A DNA stretch of 28,705 bases, from positions 1 to 28,705 of the forward strand of contig DATGDX010000012.1 of assembly GCA_035310665.1 (NCBI GenBank), given 5' to 3'. This DNA comes from Mycobacteriales bacterium. Lineage in GTDB: Bacteria; Actinomycetota; Actinomycetes; DATGDX01. Of this stretch, positions 1-8,266 are shown in pieces; the first letter of the stretch is position 1; each line of letters opens with the position of its first letter. The position numbers and the translations under genes are program-made. A model generated the notes under the pieces. That model saw nothing but the letters and a program-made list of their open reading frames with translations. It made no database searches and had not been told where the DNA came from.

Positions 1-787
1 CCGCCTCGGGATCCACCTCGGCGCCCTCGCCGATCCACACGCCCGGGGACATCTCGAACCCGTCGATCTCGACGTCGACCGCGCCGTTGAGCACGTCGGC
101 CTGCGCCTTGAGGTAGCTCTCGTGGGTGCCGACGTCCTCCCAGTAGCCGCTCGCGACGTAGCCGAACACCGGCGCGCCGTCGGCGAGCAGCTTCGGGAAG
201 ACGTCGCCGGACCAGTCGACCACCTCGCCGCCCGCGACGTGGTCGAACACCTCCGGCTCCATGACGTAGATCCCGGTGTTCACGGTGTCGGAGAACACCT
301 GGCCCCAGGTGGGCTTCTCCAGGAACCGCTCGACCCGGCCGTCCTCCCCGACGATCGTGATGCCGTACTCGAGGGGATCGGGCACCCGGGTCAGGCACAC
401 GGTGACGAGCGCGCCGTTGGCCCGGTGGTAGTCGACCAGGGCGGTCAGGTCGATGTCGGTGAGCGCGTCGCCGGAGATGACGAGGAACGCGTCGCTGCGC
501 AGCGCGGCCTCGGCGTTCTTGACGCTGCCCGCCGTTCCGAGCGGCAGCTCCTCGGTCGCGTAGGTGAGGGACATCCCCAGCTCGGACCCGTCGCCGAAAT
601 AGTTGCGGACCAGCGCGGCGAGGAACTGCACGGTGACCACGGTCTCGGTGAACCGGTGCCGTCGCAGCAGCCGCAGCACGTGTTCCATGATCGGACGGTT
701 GGCGACCGGAAGCAGCGGCTTGGGCTGGTTCGCGGTCATGGGGCGCAGCCGGGTCCCCTCCCCCCCGGCCATGACGACGGCCTTCAC
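1..787 (-). CDS. Mannose-1-phosphate guanylyltransferase / sugar-phosphate nucleotidyltransferase, 5' part (runs off the window edge)
   Basis: Manual translation from GTG at 787: VKAVVMAGGEGTRLRPMTANQPKPLLPV...LGTAG...SGDALTD...RFLEKP...NTGIY...YWEDVG, the NTP-transferase signature. Its start overlaps the upstream stop (GTGA). Missing from the ORF track because there is no stop in the window. Confidence 0.9.
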   Translation of the reverse strand, partial: MKAVVMAGGEGTRLRPMTANQPKPLLPVANRPIMEHVLRLLRRHRFTETVVTVQFLAALVRNYFGDGSELGMSLTYATEELPLGTAGSVKNAEAALRSDAFLVISGDALTDIDLTALVDYHRANGALVTVCLTRVPDPLEYGITIVGEDGRVERFLEKPTWGQVFSDTVNTGIYVMEPEVFDHVAGGEVVDWSGDVFPKLLADGAPVFGYVASGYWEDVGTHESYLKAQADVLNGAVDVEIDGFEMSPGVWIGEGAEVDPEA

Positions 788-1425
788 CCGCCGCCCCTGA
801 CGCGGGGGGCGCTCGGCACCGGGTCGTCGGGGTGCGGAACGGAGGCCTGCGGGTCGGCGAGCACGAGGCGGCGCACCTGGAGGAGGTAGAGCAGCGCGGC
901 CCACCAGTACAGCCCGGTCCCCCAGCCGAGGAAGGCCCAGCCGAGGACGCGCGCCGGGTTCGCCACGAGGCTGCTGCCGTCGCCGAGGAGCACGAGCGGG
1001 AAGGCGCAGAGCAGGGCGAAGGTCGCGGCCTTGCCGAGGAAGTGCACCGGGGGCGGCCCGTACCCGTGGCGGCGCAGCACCGGCAGCGCCCCCGCGAGCA
1101 CGACGTCGCGGGCGGCGAGCACCAACGCCAGCTCCACGGGGATCACGCCGCGCACCGCCAGCGCGACGACCACCGTCACGACCGTCAGCCGGTCCGCGAG
1201 CGGGTCCAGCAGCTGGCCGAGCCGGGTGGTCTGGCCCCAGGCGCGGGCGAGGCGGCCGTCGAGGTAGTCGCTCACCCCGCTGGCGACGAGGACGGCCAAT
1301 GCCCAGCCGTCGGCGCGCGGGCCGAGCACGAGCCAGACGAACAGCGGGACGGCGAGCAGCCGGAACAGGCTCAGCGCGTTCGGCACCGTCACGACGCGGG
1401 ACGAGACGGGCGCCGGGTGCCCCAC
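784..1425 (-). CDS. pgsA2: CDP-alcohol phosphatidyltransferase (PgsA2 / SCO1389-type, likely cardiolipin synthase)
   Basis: Motif DYLDGRLARAWGQTTRLGQLLDPLADR, preceded by TVPNALSLFRL, with hydrophobic helices. Start set at GTG 1425 behind GGGAGG. The track's longer N-terminus is just the tRNA read as codons. Confidence 0.88.
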   Translation of the reverse strand: MGHPAPVSSRVVTVPNALSLFRLLAVPLFVWLVLGPRADGWALAVLVASGVSDYLDGRLARAWGQTTRLGQLLDPLADRLTVVTVVVALAVRGVIPVELALVLAARDVVLAGALPVLRRHGYGPPPVHFLGKAATFALLCAFPLVLLGDGSSLVANPARVLGWAFLGWGTGLYWWAALLYLLQVRRLVLADPQASVPHPDDPVPSAPRVRGGG

Positions 1426-1449
1426 GTGTCCTCCCGCGCTCGGGATTCG

Positions 1450-1475
1450 AGCCCCGGCCTCCGGGCCCCGGGGCT
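1450..1475 (-). terminator. GC-rich hairpin just downstream of the tRNA (terminator or processing stem, no U-tract)
   Basis: Minus strand AGCCCCGG-ggcccggagg-CCGGGGCT: an 8-bp perfect stem, 8 nt after the tRNA 3' end. Confidence 0.4.
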
Positions 1476-1483
1476 GGGCTGGG

Positions 1484-1557
1484 TCGGGGTGGCCGGATTT
1501 GAACCGACGACCTTCTGACCCCCAGTCAGACGCGCTGCCAAGCTGCGCCACACCCCG
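1484..1557 (-). tRNA. tRNA-Pro (anticodon GGG)
   Basis: CGGGGTGTGGCGCAGCTTGGCAGCGCGTCTGACT-GGG-GGTCAGAAGGTCGTCGGTTCAAATCCGGCCACCCCGA. Acceptor stem CGGGGTG/CACCCCG, anticodon stem TCTGA/TCAGA, T-loop GGTTCAAATCC. The 3' CCA is not encoded (followed by CCC). Confidence 0.97.
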
Positions 1558-1571
1558 ATGCCGACCGGACC

Positions 1572-1577
1572 ACACTA
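1572..1577 (-). promoter_or_regulatory. Putative -10 element (TAGTGT) for tRNA-Pro
   Basis: TANNNT hexamer 14 nt upstream of the mature tRNA 5' end, in the short der-tRNA gap. TA steps are rare in this DNA. Confidence 0.6.
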
Positions 1578-1587
1578 CCGCAGCCCC

Positions 1588-2979
1588 CTACCGCTGGAGG
1601 GTCGCGGCGCGGCCCCGCTCCCGGGTCCGCACGCTGATCTCGATCGGGGATCCCGGGAAGCCGAACTCCTCGCGCAGCCGGCGTTCCAGGAACCGCCGGT
1701 AGCCGGCCTCGAGGAAGCCGGTGGTGAACAGGACGAACCGGGGCGGGCGCACCCCTGCTTGCGTGGCGAACAACACCCTCGGTTGCCGCCCCCCGCGCGC
1801 CGCCGGCGGGGTCGCCGTGACGACCCCACCGAGCCAGGCGTTGAGCCGTCCGGTAGGAACCCGCTGCTCCCAGCCGCTCAGCGCCCGCTCCAGCGCCGGC
1901 GCCAGCCGCTCCACCCCGCGCCCGGTCCGCGCGGACAGGTTGACCCGCGGCGCCCAGGCGACGCGCGCGAGGTCGCGGCGGATCTCCCTTTCCAGCGTTC
2001 GCCGCCGGTCCTCGTCGAGCAGGTCCCACTTGTTGACCGCGAGGACCAACGCACGACCGGCGTCGAGGACCCTGGAGAGGATGCGCTGGTCCTGCTCTGC
2101 GAGCGGCTCGGCGGCATCGAGCACCACGACCGCCACCTCCGCCGCGGACAGCGCCGCGGTCGTCCGCAGGTGCGCGAAGTACTCGGTCCCCGACGCCTCG
2201 CGGACCCGCCGTCGGATGCCGGCGGTGTCCACGAACCGCCACGTCCGCCCGCCGATCTCGACCAGCGAGTCGACCGGGTCCCGGGTGGTGCCGGCGACCT
2301 CGTCGACGAGGACTCGCTCCTCGCCCGCGAGCCGGTTGAGCAGGCTCGACTTCCCCACGTTGGGACGGCCGAGGAGGGCGACGCGCCGCGGGCCCTCGTC
2401 CTCCTCCGGGCGCTCGACCGGCGCCTCGGGGAGCACCTCGAGCACGCGGTCGAGCAGGTCCCCGCTCCCCCGCCCGTGCAACGCGCTGACCGGCACCGGC
2501 TCCCCCAGGCCGAGCGACCACAACCCGGTCGCGTCCGCCTCCGCCCGCGTGTCGTCGACCTTGTTCGCGGCGAGGATCACGGGCCGGCCGGCGCGGCGCA
2601 GCACCCGCGCGATCGCCTCGTCGGCGGCGGTCACGCCGACCGTGGCGTCGGCGACGACGAGCACCGCGTCGGCCGCGGCCGCGGCGAGCTCCGCCTGCGC
2701 GGCGACCCGCGCCGCCAGCCCTCGGGCGCCCGGCTCCCAGCCCCCGGTGTCGACGACGGTGAAACGGCGCCCCTGCCACACGGCGTCGTACGCGACCCGG
2801 TCGCGGGTCACACCCGGCACGTCCTCGACGACCGCCTCCCGCCGCCCGAGGATGCGGTTGACCAGCGTGCTCTTGCCGACGTTGGGCCGTCCGACGACGG
2901 CGAGGACGGGCCGGGGCTCAGTCGAGGGCCGGGGCTCAGTCGAGGGCCGGGGTTCAGTTGGAGCCCGGGGCTCGGTCAT
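1588..2979 (-). CDS. der: Ribosome biogenesis GTPase Der (EngA)
   Basis: Two GTPase domains (GRPNVGKS twice, DTGG/DTAG, NKVD/NKWD) and a KH-like C-terminus. ATGA overlap with cmk. Confidence 0.97.
   Translation of the reverse strand: MTEPRAPTEPRPSTEPRPSTEPRPVLAVVGRPNVGKSTLVNRILGRREAVVEDVPGVTRDRVAYDAVWQGRRFTVVDTGGWEPGARGLAARVAAQAELAAAAADAVLVVADATVGVTAADEAIARVLRRAGRPVILAANKVDDTRAEADATGLWSLGLGEPVPVSALHGRGSGDLLDRVLEVLPEAPVERPEEDEGPRRVALLGRPNVGKSSLLNRLAGEERVLVDEVAGTTRDPVDSLVEIGGRTWRFVDTAGIRRRVREASGTEYFAHLRTTAALSAAEVAVVVLDAAEPLAEQDQRILSRVLDAGRALVLAVNKWDLLDEDRRRTLEREIRRDLARVAWAPRVNLSARTGRGVERLAPALERALSGWEQRVPTGRLNAWLGGVVTATPPAARGGRQPRVLFATQAGVRPPRFVLFTTGFLEAGYRRFLERRLREEFGFPGSPIEISVRTRERGRAATLQR
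2908..2979 (-). repeat. 18-bp tandem repeat x4 at the der start, encoding TEPR(A/P)(P/S/V)
   Basis: Plus-strand units GGGCCGGGGCTCAGTCGA (2908, 2926), GGGCCGGGGTTCAGTTGG (2944), AGCCCGGGGCTCGGTCAT (2962). Confidence 0.9.
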
Positions 2980-3695
2980 GGGGACGCGGTCAACCGAATC
3001 GCGGCGGCGACGACGCGGTCCACCGCCTCGCCGGCGGTCATCGTCGTCGTGTCGAGGTGGAGCGCGTCCGCGGCGCGGGTCAGCGGGGAGACCGGTCGGG
3101 AGGAGTCGACCGCGTCCCGGCGGGCGAGGGCGACGTGGGCGCGCTCGACCGCGCCGCGGGACGTCGCGCCGTCGGTCTCCAGCGCGCGACGGCGCGCGCG
3201 CACGGCGGGGTCGGCGGTGAGGAACACCTTGACCGGGGCGTCGGGAGCGACCACCGTGCCGATGTCCCGGCCCTCGACGACGATCGCCCCGTCCCCGATC
3301 AGCTCCCGTTGCCGCTGCACGAGCAGCGCGCGGACCGCGGGGATCGCGCTCACCGCGCTGACCGCGGCGGTCACCGCCGGGCCGCGGATCGCGGCGCTCA
3401 CGTCGGTGTCGCCGACCCGGACGGTCGGGCCGCGCACGTCGGTGCCGACCTGCAGCGCGAGGCGGGCGGCGACCGCCGTGACCGCGCCGGCGTCCGCGGG
3501 ATCCACGCCCCGGCGCAGCACCTCCCAGGTGAGCGCGCGGTACATCGCCCCGGTGTCCAGATACCGCAGGCCCAGCCGCTCGGCGACGCCGCGGGAGACC
3601 GTGCTCTTCCCGGAGCCGGACGGCCCGTCGACCGCGATGACGAGGCCACGGGAGGGCGTGGCGGGCGGCTGCCCGTCCGGCGGATGAGCGCTCAC
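2976..3695 (-). CDS. cmk: Cytidylate kinase
   Basis: [14 protein letters not shown]-loop, [27 protein letters not shown]. Confidence 0.97.
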   Translation of the reverse strand: MSAHPPDGQPPATPSRGLVIAVDGPSGSGKSTVSRGVAERLGLRYLDTGAMYRALTWEVLRRGVDPADAGAVTAVAARLALQVGTDVRGPTVRVGDTDVSAAIRGPAVTAAVSAVSAIPAVRALLVQRQRELIGDGAIVVEGRDIGTVVAPDAPVKVFLTADPAVRARRRALETDGATSRGAVERAHVALARRDAVDSSRPVSPLTRAADALHLDTTTMTAGEAVDRVVAAAIRLTASP

Positions 3696-3703
3696 AATGC
3701 GTG

Positions 3704-3709
3704 ATCCTA
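3704..3709 (-). promoter_or_regulatory. Putative -10 (TAGGAT) for cmk-der; leaderless or near-leaderless
   Basis: TAGGAT lies 8 nt before the cmk GTG and there is no SD in between. Confidence 0.5.
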
Positions 3710-3722
3710 CTGGTGACGGCGG

Positions 3723-4868
3723 CTACGAGCGGACCGGCCAGCCGGCGGCGCGCAGCCGCGCGGCGAGATCATCGGCGGCGGTCGCGGGGACGTGCAGCTC
3801 GGCGATGCCCAGCGGCTGGCCGCGTGCGTGCTCGAGCACGAGGTCGTCCAGGTTGACGCCGGCGCGCGCGACGTCGCCGAGCAGCCGGGCCAGCTCGCCC
3901 GACCGGTCGCTGACCACGACCGGGACGACGCCGCTGCTCGGGGCCGGGATGCCCCGCTTGCCGGGCAGCCGGGCCCGCCCGGCCCGCCCCCGCGCCAGCG
4001 TCGCCCGGACCTGCTCCAGCGCCTCGCCCACGCCGTCGCCGCCCGCCGCCAGCCGACCGACCGCGGCGGTGAGCGCGTGGAGCGCGTCGGCGTACGCGCG
4101 GAGCTCGTCGCGGATCGCCGCGGCGTTCCCGGCGACGATTCCCACCCATAGCTCCGTGTCGGAGGCGGCGATGCGGGTCGTGTCGCGCAGCCCCTGGCCG
4201 GCGAGACCGAGCGCCTCGTCGGGCGCGGCGATGAGGCGCCCGGCGAGCAGGCTGGCGACGAGCTGCGGGAGGTGGGAGACCAGCGCGACCGCGGCGTCGT
4301 GCGCGCCGGCGTCCATCTCCACCACCCGCGCGCGACACGCCTCCGCGAGCGCGCGGACGTCGGCGAGCGCCCCCGGTTCGGCGACGGGCGGGGCCACGAG
4401 GACCCACGGGCGCTCGGCGAACAGGTCGGCGCGGGCGGCCGCGGGCCCGCTGCGTTCGCGGCCGGCCAGCGGGTGCCCGCCGACGAACCGGCGCAGGTCG
4501 GCCCCGCCGGTCACCGCGTCGCGCAGCACGCCGGCCTTGGTGCTCGCGACGTCGGTGTACGTCCGGGCCACGCCCCGGGCCTGCAGCGCGACGAGGGCGG
4601 GGGCGACCGCGTCCGGGGGGACGGCGAGTACGGCGACGTCGACCTGCTCGCCCGTCCACCGCTCACCGACGCCCAGCTCCACCGCCAACCCGAGCGGGGC
4701 GGGCGCCGCGTCGTCCAGCCACACCCGGACCCCCGCCCGGCGCAGCGCCAGGCCGACCGACGCGCCGACGAGGCCGGTGCCCACGACCAGCACGCTGCCG
4801 ATCACCGGGGTCGCGGAAGCACTCCCTGCGGAGGGACTCGCAGCGGAAGCCGCCGGTGTGGGGGTCAC
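3723..4868 (-). CDS. tyrA: Prephenate dehydrogenase with C-terminal ACT-like domain
   Basis: Rossmann [54 protein letters not shown], and ACT-like [14 protein letters not shown]. Start at GTG 4868 overlaps the aroH stop (GTGA). Confidence 0.93.
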   Translation of the reverse strand: MTPTPAASAASPSAGSASATPVIGSVLVVGTGLVGASVGLALRRAGVRVWLDDAAPAPLGLAVELGVGERWTGEQVDVAVLAVPPDAVAPALVALQARGVARTYTDVASTKAGVLRDAVTGGADLRRFVGGHPLAGRERSGPAAARADLFAERPWVLVAPPVAEPGALADVRALAEACRARVVEMDAGAHDAAVALVSHLPQLVASLLAGRLIAAPDEALGLAGQGLRDTTRIAASDTELWVGIVAGNAAAIRDELRAYADALHALTAAVGRLAAGGDGVGEALEQVRATLARGRAGRARLPGKRGIPAPSSGVVPVVVSDRSGELARLLGDVARAGVNLDDLVLEHARGQPLGIAELHVPATAADDLAARLRAAGWPVRS

Positions 4869-5227
4869 TGCGGCAGGTCCGTGCGCAGCGCCGCCGTGCC
4901 CCCGAGGTACACGTGGGGGATCGCCGCGCGCGGCCGGTCGGTCTCGACGTGCGCGAGCAGCCGGATGACGCGCGGCATCGCCCCCGGGACCGCGATCTCG
5001 GTCGCGCACAGCAGCGGCACGTCGGCCATGCCGAGCCGGCGGGCGGCGTACGCCGGGAACTCGGCGGTGAGGTCCGCGGTCGCGGTGAACACGATGCTGA
5101 TGAGGTCGGCGCCCGCGAGGTCGTTGCGACGCAGCACCTCGGTGACGAGGTCCGCGGTCGCGGTGAGGATCGCGTCCCGGTCGTCGGCGGCGACCTGCAC
5201 CGCTCCGCGCACGGCTCGGACGGCCAC
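4865..5227 (-). CDS. aroH: Chorismate mutase, AroH class
   Basis: VRAVRGAVQV...SIVFTAT.DLTAEFPAYAAR...EIAVPGAMPRVIRLL...HVYLGGTAALRTDL, 120 aa. GGAGG SD before GTG 5227. Confidence 0.95.
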   Translation of the reverse strand: MAVRAVRGAVQVAADDRDAILTATADLVTEVLRRNDLAGADLISIVFTATADLTAEFPAYAARRLGMADVPLLCATEIAVPGAMPRVIRLLAHVETDRPRAAIPHVYLGGTAALRTDLPQ

Positions 5228-5276
5228 GGCACCTCCCCGTCCCCGCGGCCCGCTCGGGCCGGCTCGCCGCCGCGTC

Positions 5277-5282
5277 ACCCTA
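5277..5282 (-). promoter_or_regulatory. Putative -10 (TAGGGT) for aroH-tyrA
   Basis: TANNNT hexamer in the rluB-aroH gap, about 50 nt upstream of the aroH start. Confidence 0.45.
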
Positions 5283-5287
5283 GCGGT

Positions 5288-6040
5288 CTACAGGCGGACC
5301 AGGTCGTAGAGCGCGCTGACCTCGCCGCGGGCGAGGTGGCGGGTGCGCCCGGGCTTGAGGTCGCCGAGCGCCACCGGGCCGATCCGGGTGCGCACGAGCC
5401 GGTGCGCGGGGTGCCCGACGGCCTCGAGCAGTCGCCGGACCAGCCGGTTGCGGCCCTCGTGCAGCACGACCTCGACCAGGAGGCGGGAGCCGGACGATTC
5501 GATGACGCGGAACTCGTCCACCCGCGCGGGGCCGTCGTCCAGGTCGACGCCGTCGCGCAGCCGGCGTCCGACCCCGCGCGGCAGCGGCCCGGTGACCTCG
5601 GCCAGGTAGGTCTTGGGCACCTCGAACGACGGGTGGGCCAGCCGGTGGGCCAGCTCACCGTCGTTGGTGAGCAGCAGCAGCCCCTCGGTGTCGGCGTCGA
5701 GGCGCCCCACGTGGAACAGCCGCTCCCGGCGTTCCCCGACCAGGTCCGCGAGGCAGCGGCGGCCCTGCGGGTCCGCTATCGTGCTCACCACGCCGCGCGG
5801 CTTGTTCAGGGCCAGGTGGACCAGGTGCGGGGCGGCCACCACGCGCTGCCCGTCGACCCGAATGGCCGCGTGCCGCGGGTCGACACGCTGCCCGAGCCGG
5901 GCGGGCCGCCCGTCGACCTGGACCCGCCCGGCCGCGATCAGCTCGTCGCACGCCCGCCGGCTGCCGAGCCCGGCCGCGGCGAGCACCTTCTGCAGCCGGC
6001 GACCCTCACCCTCATCCTGACGTTCACGGTGTGGTGGCAT
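5288..6040 (-). CDS. rluB: Pseudouridine synthase, RsuA/RluB family (Rv1711-like)
   Basis: S4 domain RLQKVLAAAGLGSRR, catalytic GRLDADTEGLLLLTNDG, KTYLA, and LHEGRNRLVRR. Confidence 0.93.
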   Translation of the reverse strand: MPPHRERQDEGEGRRLQKVLAAAGLGSRRACDELIAAGRVQVDGRPARLGQRVDPRHAAIRVDGQRVVAAPHLVHLALNKPRGVVSTIADPQGRRCLADLVGERRERLFHVGRLDADTEGLLLLTNDGELAHRLAHPSFEVPKTYLAEVTGPLPRGVGRRLRDGVDLDDGPARVDEFRVIESSGSRLLVEVVLHEGRNRLVRRLLEAVGHPAHRLVRTRIGPVALGDLKPGRTRHLARGEVSALYDLVRL

Positions 6041-6587
6041 CCTCGCCGTCCAGCGTCGCGATGTCGGGCAGGAACGGCGCGAGATCGGGCAGCTCGTCGA
6101 GGGTGGAGATGCCCAGCCGCTCGAGGAAGTACCCGGTCGTGCGGTACAGCGCCGCGCCGGTCTCCGGGTCGTTCCCGGTCTCCTCGACGAGCCCGCGGGC
6201 GACGAGGGTGCGCACGACCCCGTCGCAGTTGACCCCGCGGACCGCGGCGATGCGCCCGCGGGTCACCGGCTGGCGGTAGGCGACGACGGCGAGGGTTTCC
6301 AGCGCGGCCTGGGTGAGCCGGGCCTGCTGCCCGTCGACGACGAACCGTTCGACGACCTCGGCGCACGCCGGGTGCGTGTACAGCCGCCAGCCGCCGGCGA
6401 CGGAACGCAGCTCGAACCCGCGCCCCTGCGCGGCGTACTCCTCGGCGAGTCCGGCGAGGGTGCGGGCCACCTCGTCGGGCGGCCGCTGCACGACCGCGGC
6501 GAGCGTGGCCTCCGGCACCGGCTGGTCGGCGACGAGCAGGACCGCCTCGAGCTGGGCGCGCAGGGGCGCCGGCGGTAGCTCGCTCAC
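6024..6587 (-). CDS. scpB: SMC-Scp complex subunit ScpB
   Basis: LEAVLLVADQPV, GFELRSVAGGWRLYT, LTQAALETLAVVAYRQPVTR, VRGVN, YRTTGYFLERLG. Start at GTG 6587 behind GGGAGG. Confidence 0.95.
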   Translation of the reverse strand: MSELPPAPLRAQLEAVLLVADQPVPEATLAAVVQRPPDEVARTLAGLAEEYAAQGRGFELRSVAGGWRLYTHPACAEVVERFVVDGQQARLTQAALETLAVVAYRQPVTRGRIAAVRGVNCDGVVRTLVARGLVEETGNDPETGAALYRTTGYFLERLGISTLDELPDLAPFLPDIATLDGEDATTP

Positions 6588-6661
6588 GCGGTGCCTCCCG
6601 CGCCCGACCCTCGCCGTCCCGTCCGCGGTCCTGTCCGCCGTCCCACTCGCCGTCCCTTCAC
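6584..6661 (-). other. Putative 25-aa bridging micro-ORF between scpA and scpB (VKGRRVGRRTGPRTGRRGSGAGGTA*)
   Basis: GTG 6661 overlaps the scpA TGA. The frame is open for 26 codons, and its TGA (6586-6584) overlaps the scpB GTG. Translation is not demonstrated. Confidence 0.4.
6612..6659 (-). repeat. Imperfect 12-bp tandem repeat x4 in the scpA-scpB spacer
   Basis: Minus-strand units GAAGGGACGGCG, AGTGGGACGGCG, GACAGGACCGCG, GACGGGACGGCG. Confidence 0.75.
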
Positions 6662-7557
6662 CCGGTTCCGTCGCCGCGCGGCTCGGCAGTGCCGACCTCG
6701 TCGGCGTCCCCGTAACTCTCGACCTCTCCTTCACCGTCACCATCAGGGTTACCGTCACTGTCACTGGCACTGGCACTGGCACTCTCACTGGCACCGCGAC
6801 CCTGCCAGCGCACGTGCAGCTCGCCGAGCGGAGCCACCTGCTCGAAGGCGACGAGCCCGTCGCGGAACAGCTCGAGCAGGGCCAGGAACCGGGCCACGAC
6901 GTGGACGGTCGCGGCGCAGTCCGCGGTGAGCGCGCGGAACGTCGCCCCGCCGCAGCCGCGCAGCCGCCGCGCCAGCAGGACCGCCTGCTCGCGCACGTTC
7001 ACCGCGGGCGCGTGCACGTGGTCGATCGCGACGACGGGGGCCGGGCGCGGCGCGAGCGTACGCGCGGCCAGCGCCGCGAACTCGTGCGGGCCCAGGCCGA
7101 TGAGCACCTCGGGGAGCAGGCCGGCGAACCGCGGCTCGAGGGTGACGGCGCGCGGGTAGCGGCGCGCCTCGGCGGCGACCATGTCGGCGAGCAGGCGGGC
7201 GACCTGCTGGTAGGCGCGGTACTGCAGCAGCCGGGCGAACAGCAGGTCGCGCGCCTCGAGCAGGGCCAGGTCCTCCTCGTCGTCGACCTCCCCGGCGGGC
7301 AGCAGCCGGGCCGCCTTGAGGTCGAGCAGCGTCGCGGCGACGACGAGGAACGCGCTGGCCTGCCCCAGGTCCCACTGGCCGCCGAGGGCGTGGATGTGGG
7401 CGAGGAACTCGTCGGTCACCTGCGCCAGCGCGACCTCGGTGACGTCGAGCTGGTGGCGGGCGATGAGCGAGAGCAGCAGGTCGAACGGTCCTTCGAACAC
7501 CTCCAGCCGGACCGAGAACGTCGGTCGTTCCTCGACCTCCGCGGGGCTCACGGTCAC
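6658..7557 (-). CDS. scpA: Segregation and condensation protein A (kleisin ScpA) with acidic Ser/Gly tail
   Basis: FSVRLEVFEGPFDLLLSLI, FLVVAATLLDLKAARLLP, LLQYRAY, VARFLALLELFR. GTG 7557 overlaps the upstream stop. Confidence 0.95.
   Translation of the reverse strand: MTVSPAEVEERPTFSVRLEVFEGPFDLLLSLIARHQLDVTEVALAQVTDEFLAHIHALGGQWDLGQASAFLVVAATLLDLKAARLLPAGEVDDEEDLALLEARDLLFARLLQYRAYQQVARLLADMVAAEARRYPRAVTLEPRFAGLLPEVLIGLGPHEFAALAARTLAPRPAPVVAIDHVHAPAVNVREQAVLLARRLRGCGGATFRALTADCAATVHVVARFLALLELFRDGLVAFEQVAPLGELHVRWQGRGASESASASASDSDGNPDGDGEGEVESYGDADEVGTAEPRGDGTG
6756..6794 (-). repeat. 6-bp microsatellite (plus CACTGG, minus GCCAGT) about 6.5 copies, encoding ASESASASASDS
   Basis: Plus strand cactgt cactgg cactgg cactgg cactct cactgg cac. 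Confidence 0.85.
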
Positions 7558-8252
7558 GCTCTGGTCAGCACGGCGAGCAGCGGGCCGCCGACCAGGTCGA
7601 GGAGGACGAGCAGCAGCGGGGCCTCGCCGGCGATCGGCAGCAGGAGGAGCACGAGCAGCACCGCGACGCCCCAGTTGTGCTCGGCGAGGTAGTACTCCGC
7701 CCGCTGCCACCCGGCGCTGCGCGGCGCGTGCGCGAACAGCAGCTGGCCGCCGTCCAGCGGTGGCATCGGCACCAGGGCCAGGAGCCCCATCGCCAGGTTC
7801 TGCACGCCGACGAGCAGCAGTGCGAGCGGCAGCAGGGAAAGCCCGGGCGCCTGCCCGTGCAGGAGATCGGGCAGGGACGCCACCGACGCGACCCGCGGGT
7901 CGCCGCCGGCGGCCCGATACAGCAGCAGCGCCGCCGCCGCGACCGCGAGGTTGGCCGCGGGACCGGCGAGCAGCACGAGATCGTCGCGCTGCCAGCCCCG
8001 CCGCCGCCGGGGCCCCAGCCCGGGGCGACGCGCCCACCCGGTGCCCCCGAGCGCGGCGGCGATGGCGCCGAACGGGTCGACCGCACCGGACAGGGCGCGG
8101 CGGAGCGCGAGCCGGCGCCGGGCGCCGGGCGCCGCGGTGCGCAGCCGCGGGCGGACGGCGACGCGCTGGGCGGCGACGTGCACGACGAGACCGAGGACGA
8201 ACCCGGCGAGCAGGGCGACGAAAGCGGCGGGTGACCGCAACGCGTAGGGCAC
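7554..8252 (-). CDS. Site-2 protease (M50)-like membrane protein with degenerate catalytic motif
   Basis: S2P-type segments DPFG, GW, LAGPAANL and LVPMPPLDGG. The HExxH position reads HVAAQ. Multiple hydrophobic helices. Confidence 0.75.
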   Translation of the reverse strand: MPYALRSPAAFVALLAGFVLGLVVHVAAQRVAVRPRLRTAAPGARRRLALRRALSGAVDPFGAIAAALGGTGWARRPGLGPRRRRGWQRDDLVLLAGPAANLAVAAAALLLYRAAGGDPRVASVASLPDLLHGQAPGLSLLPLALLLVGVQNLAMGLLALVPMPPLDGGQLLFAHAPRSAGWQRAEYYLAEHNWGVAVLLVLLLLPIAGEAPLLLVLLDLVGGPLLAVLTRA

Positions 8253-8266
8253 GCGCGGCTAGCCGC

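Noticed and set aside
1484-1557. tRNA-Pro as an integration site for an island
   Set aside because: I saw no duplicated tRNA 3' end, integrase or foreign-composition DNA. Housekeeping genes flank both sides.
7481-7496. TCGAAC-GGTC-CTTCGA, one mismatch from the actinobacterial LexA box
   Set aside because: It lies inside scpA and is dictated by the conserved F-E-G-P-F-D codons. It is not near a promoter.
6658-8037. Long N-terminal extensions in the track for scpA, scpB, tyrA, NUDIX, xerD, the GT, the membrane protein and the TPR gene, suggesting fusions
   Set aside because: They are open frames overlapping the upstream gene. SD sequences and RTGA overlaps point to the shorter starts used here.
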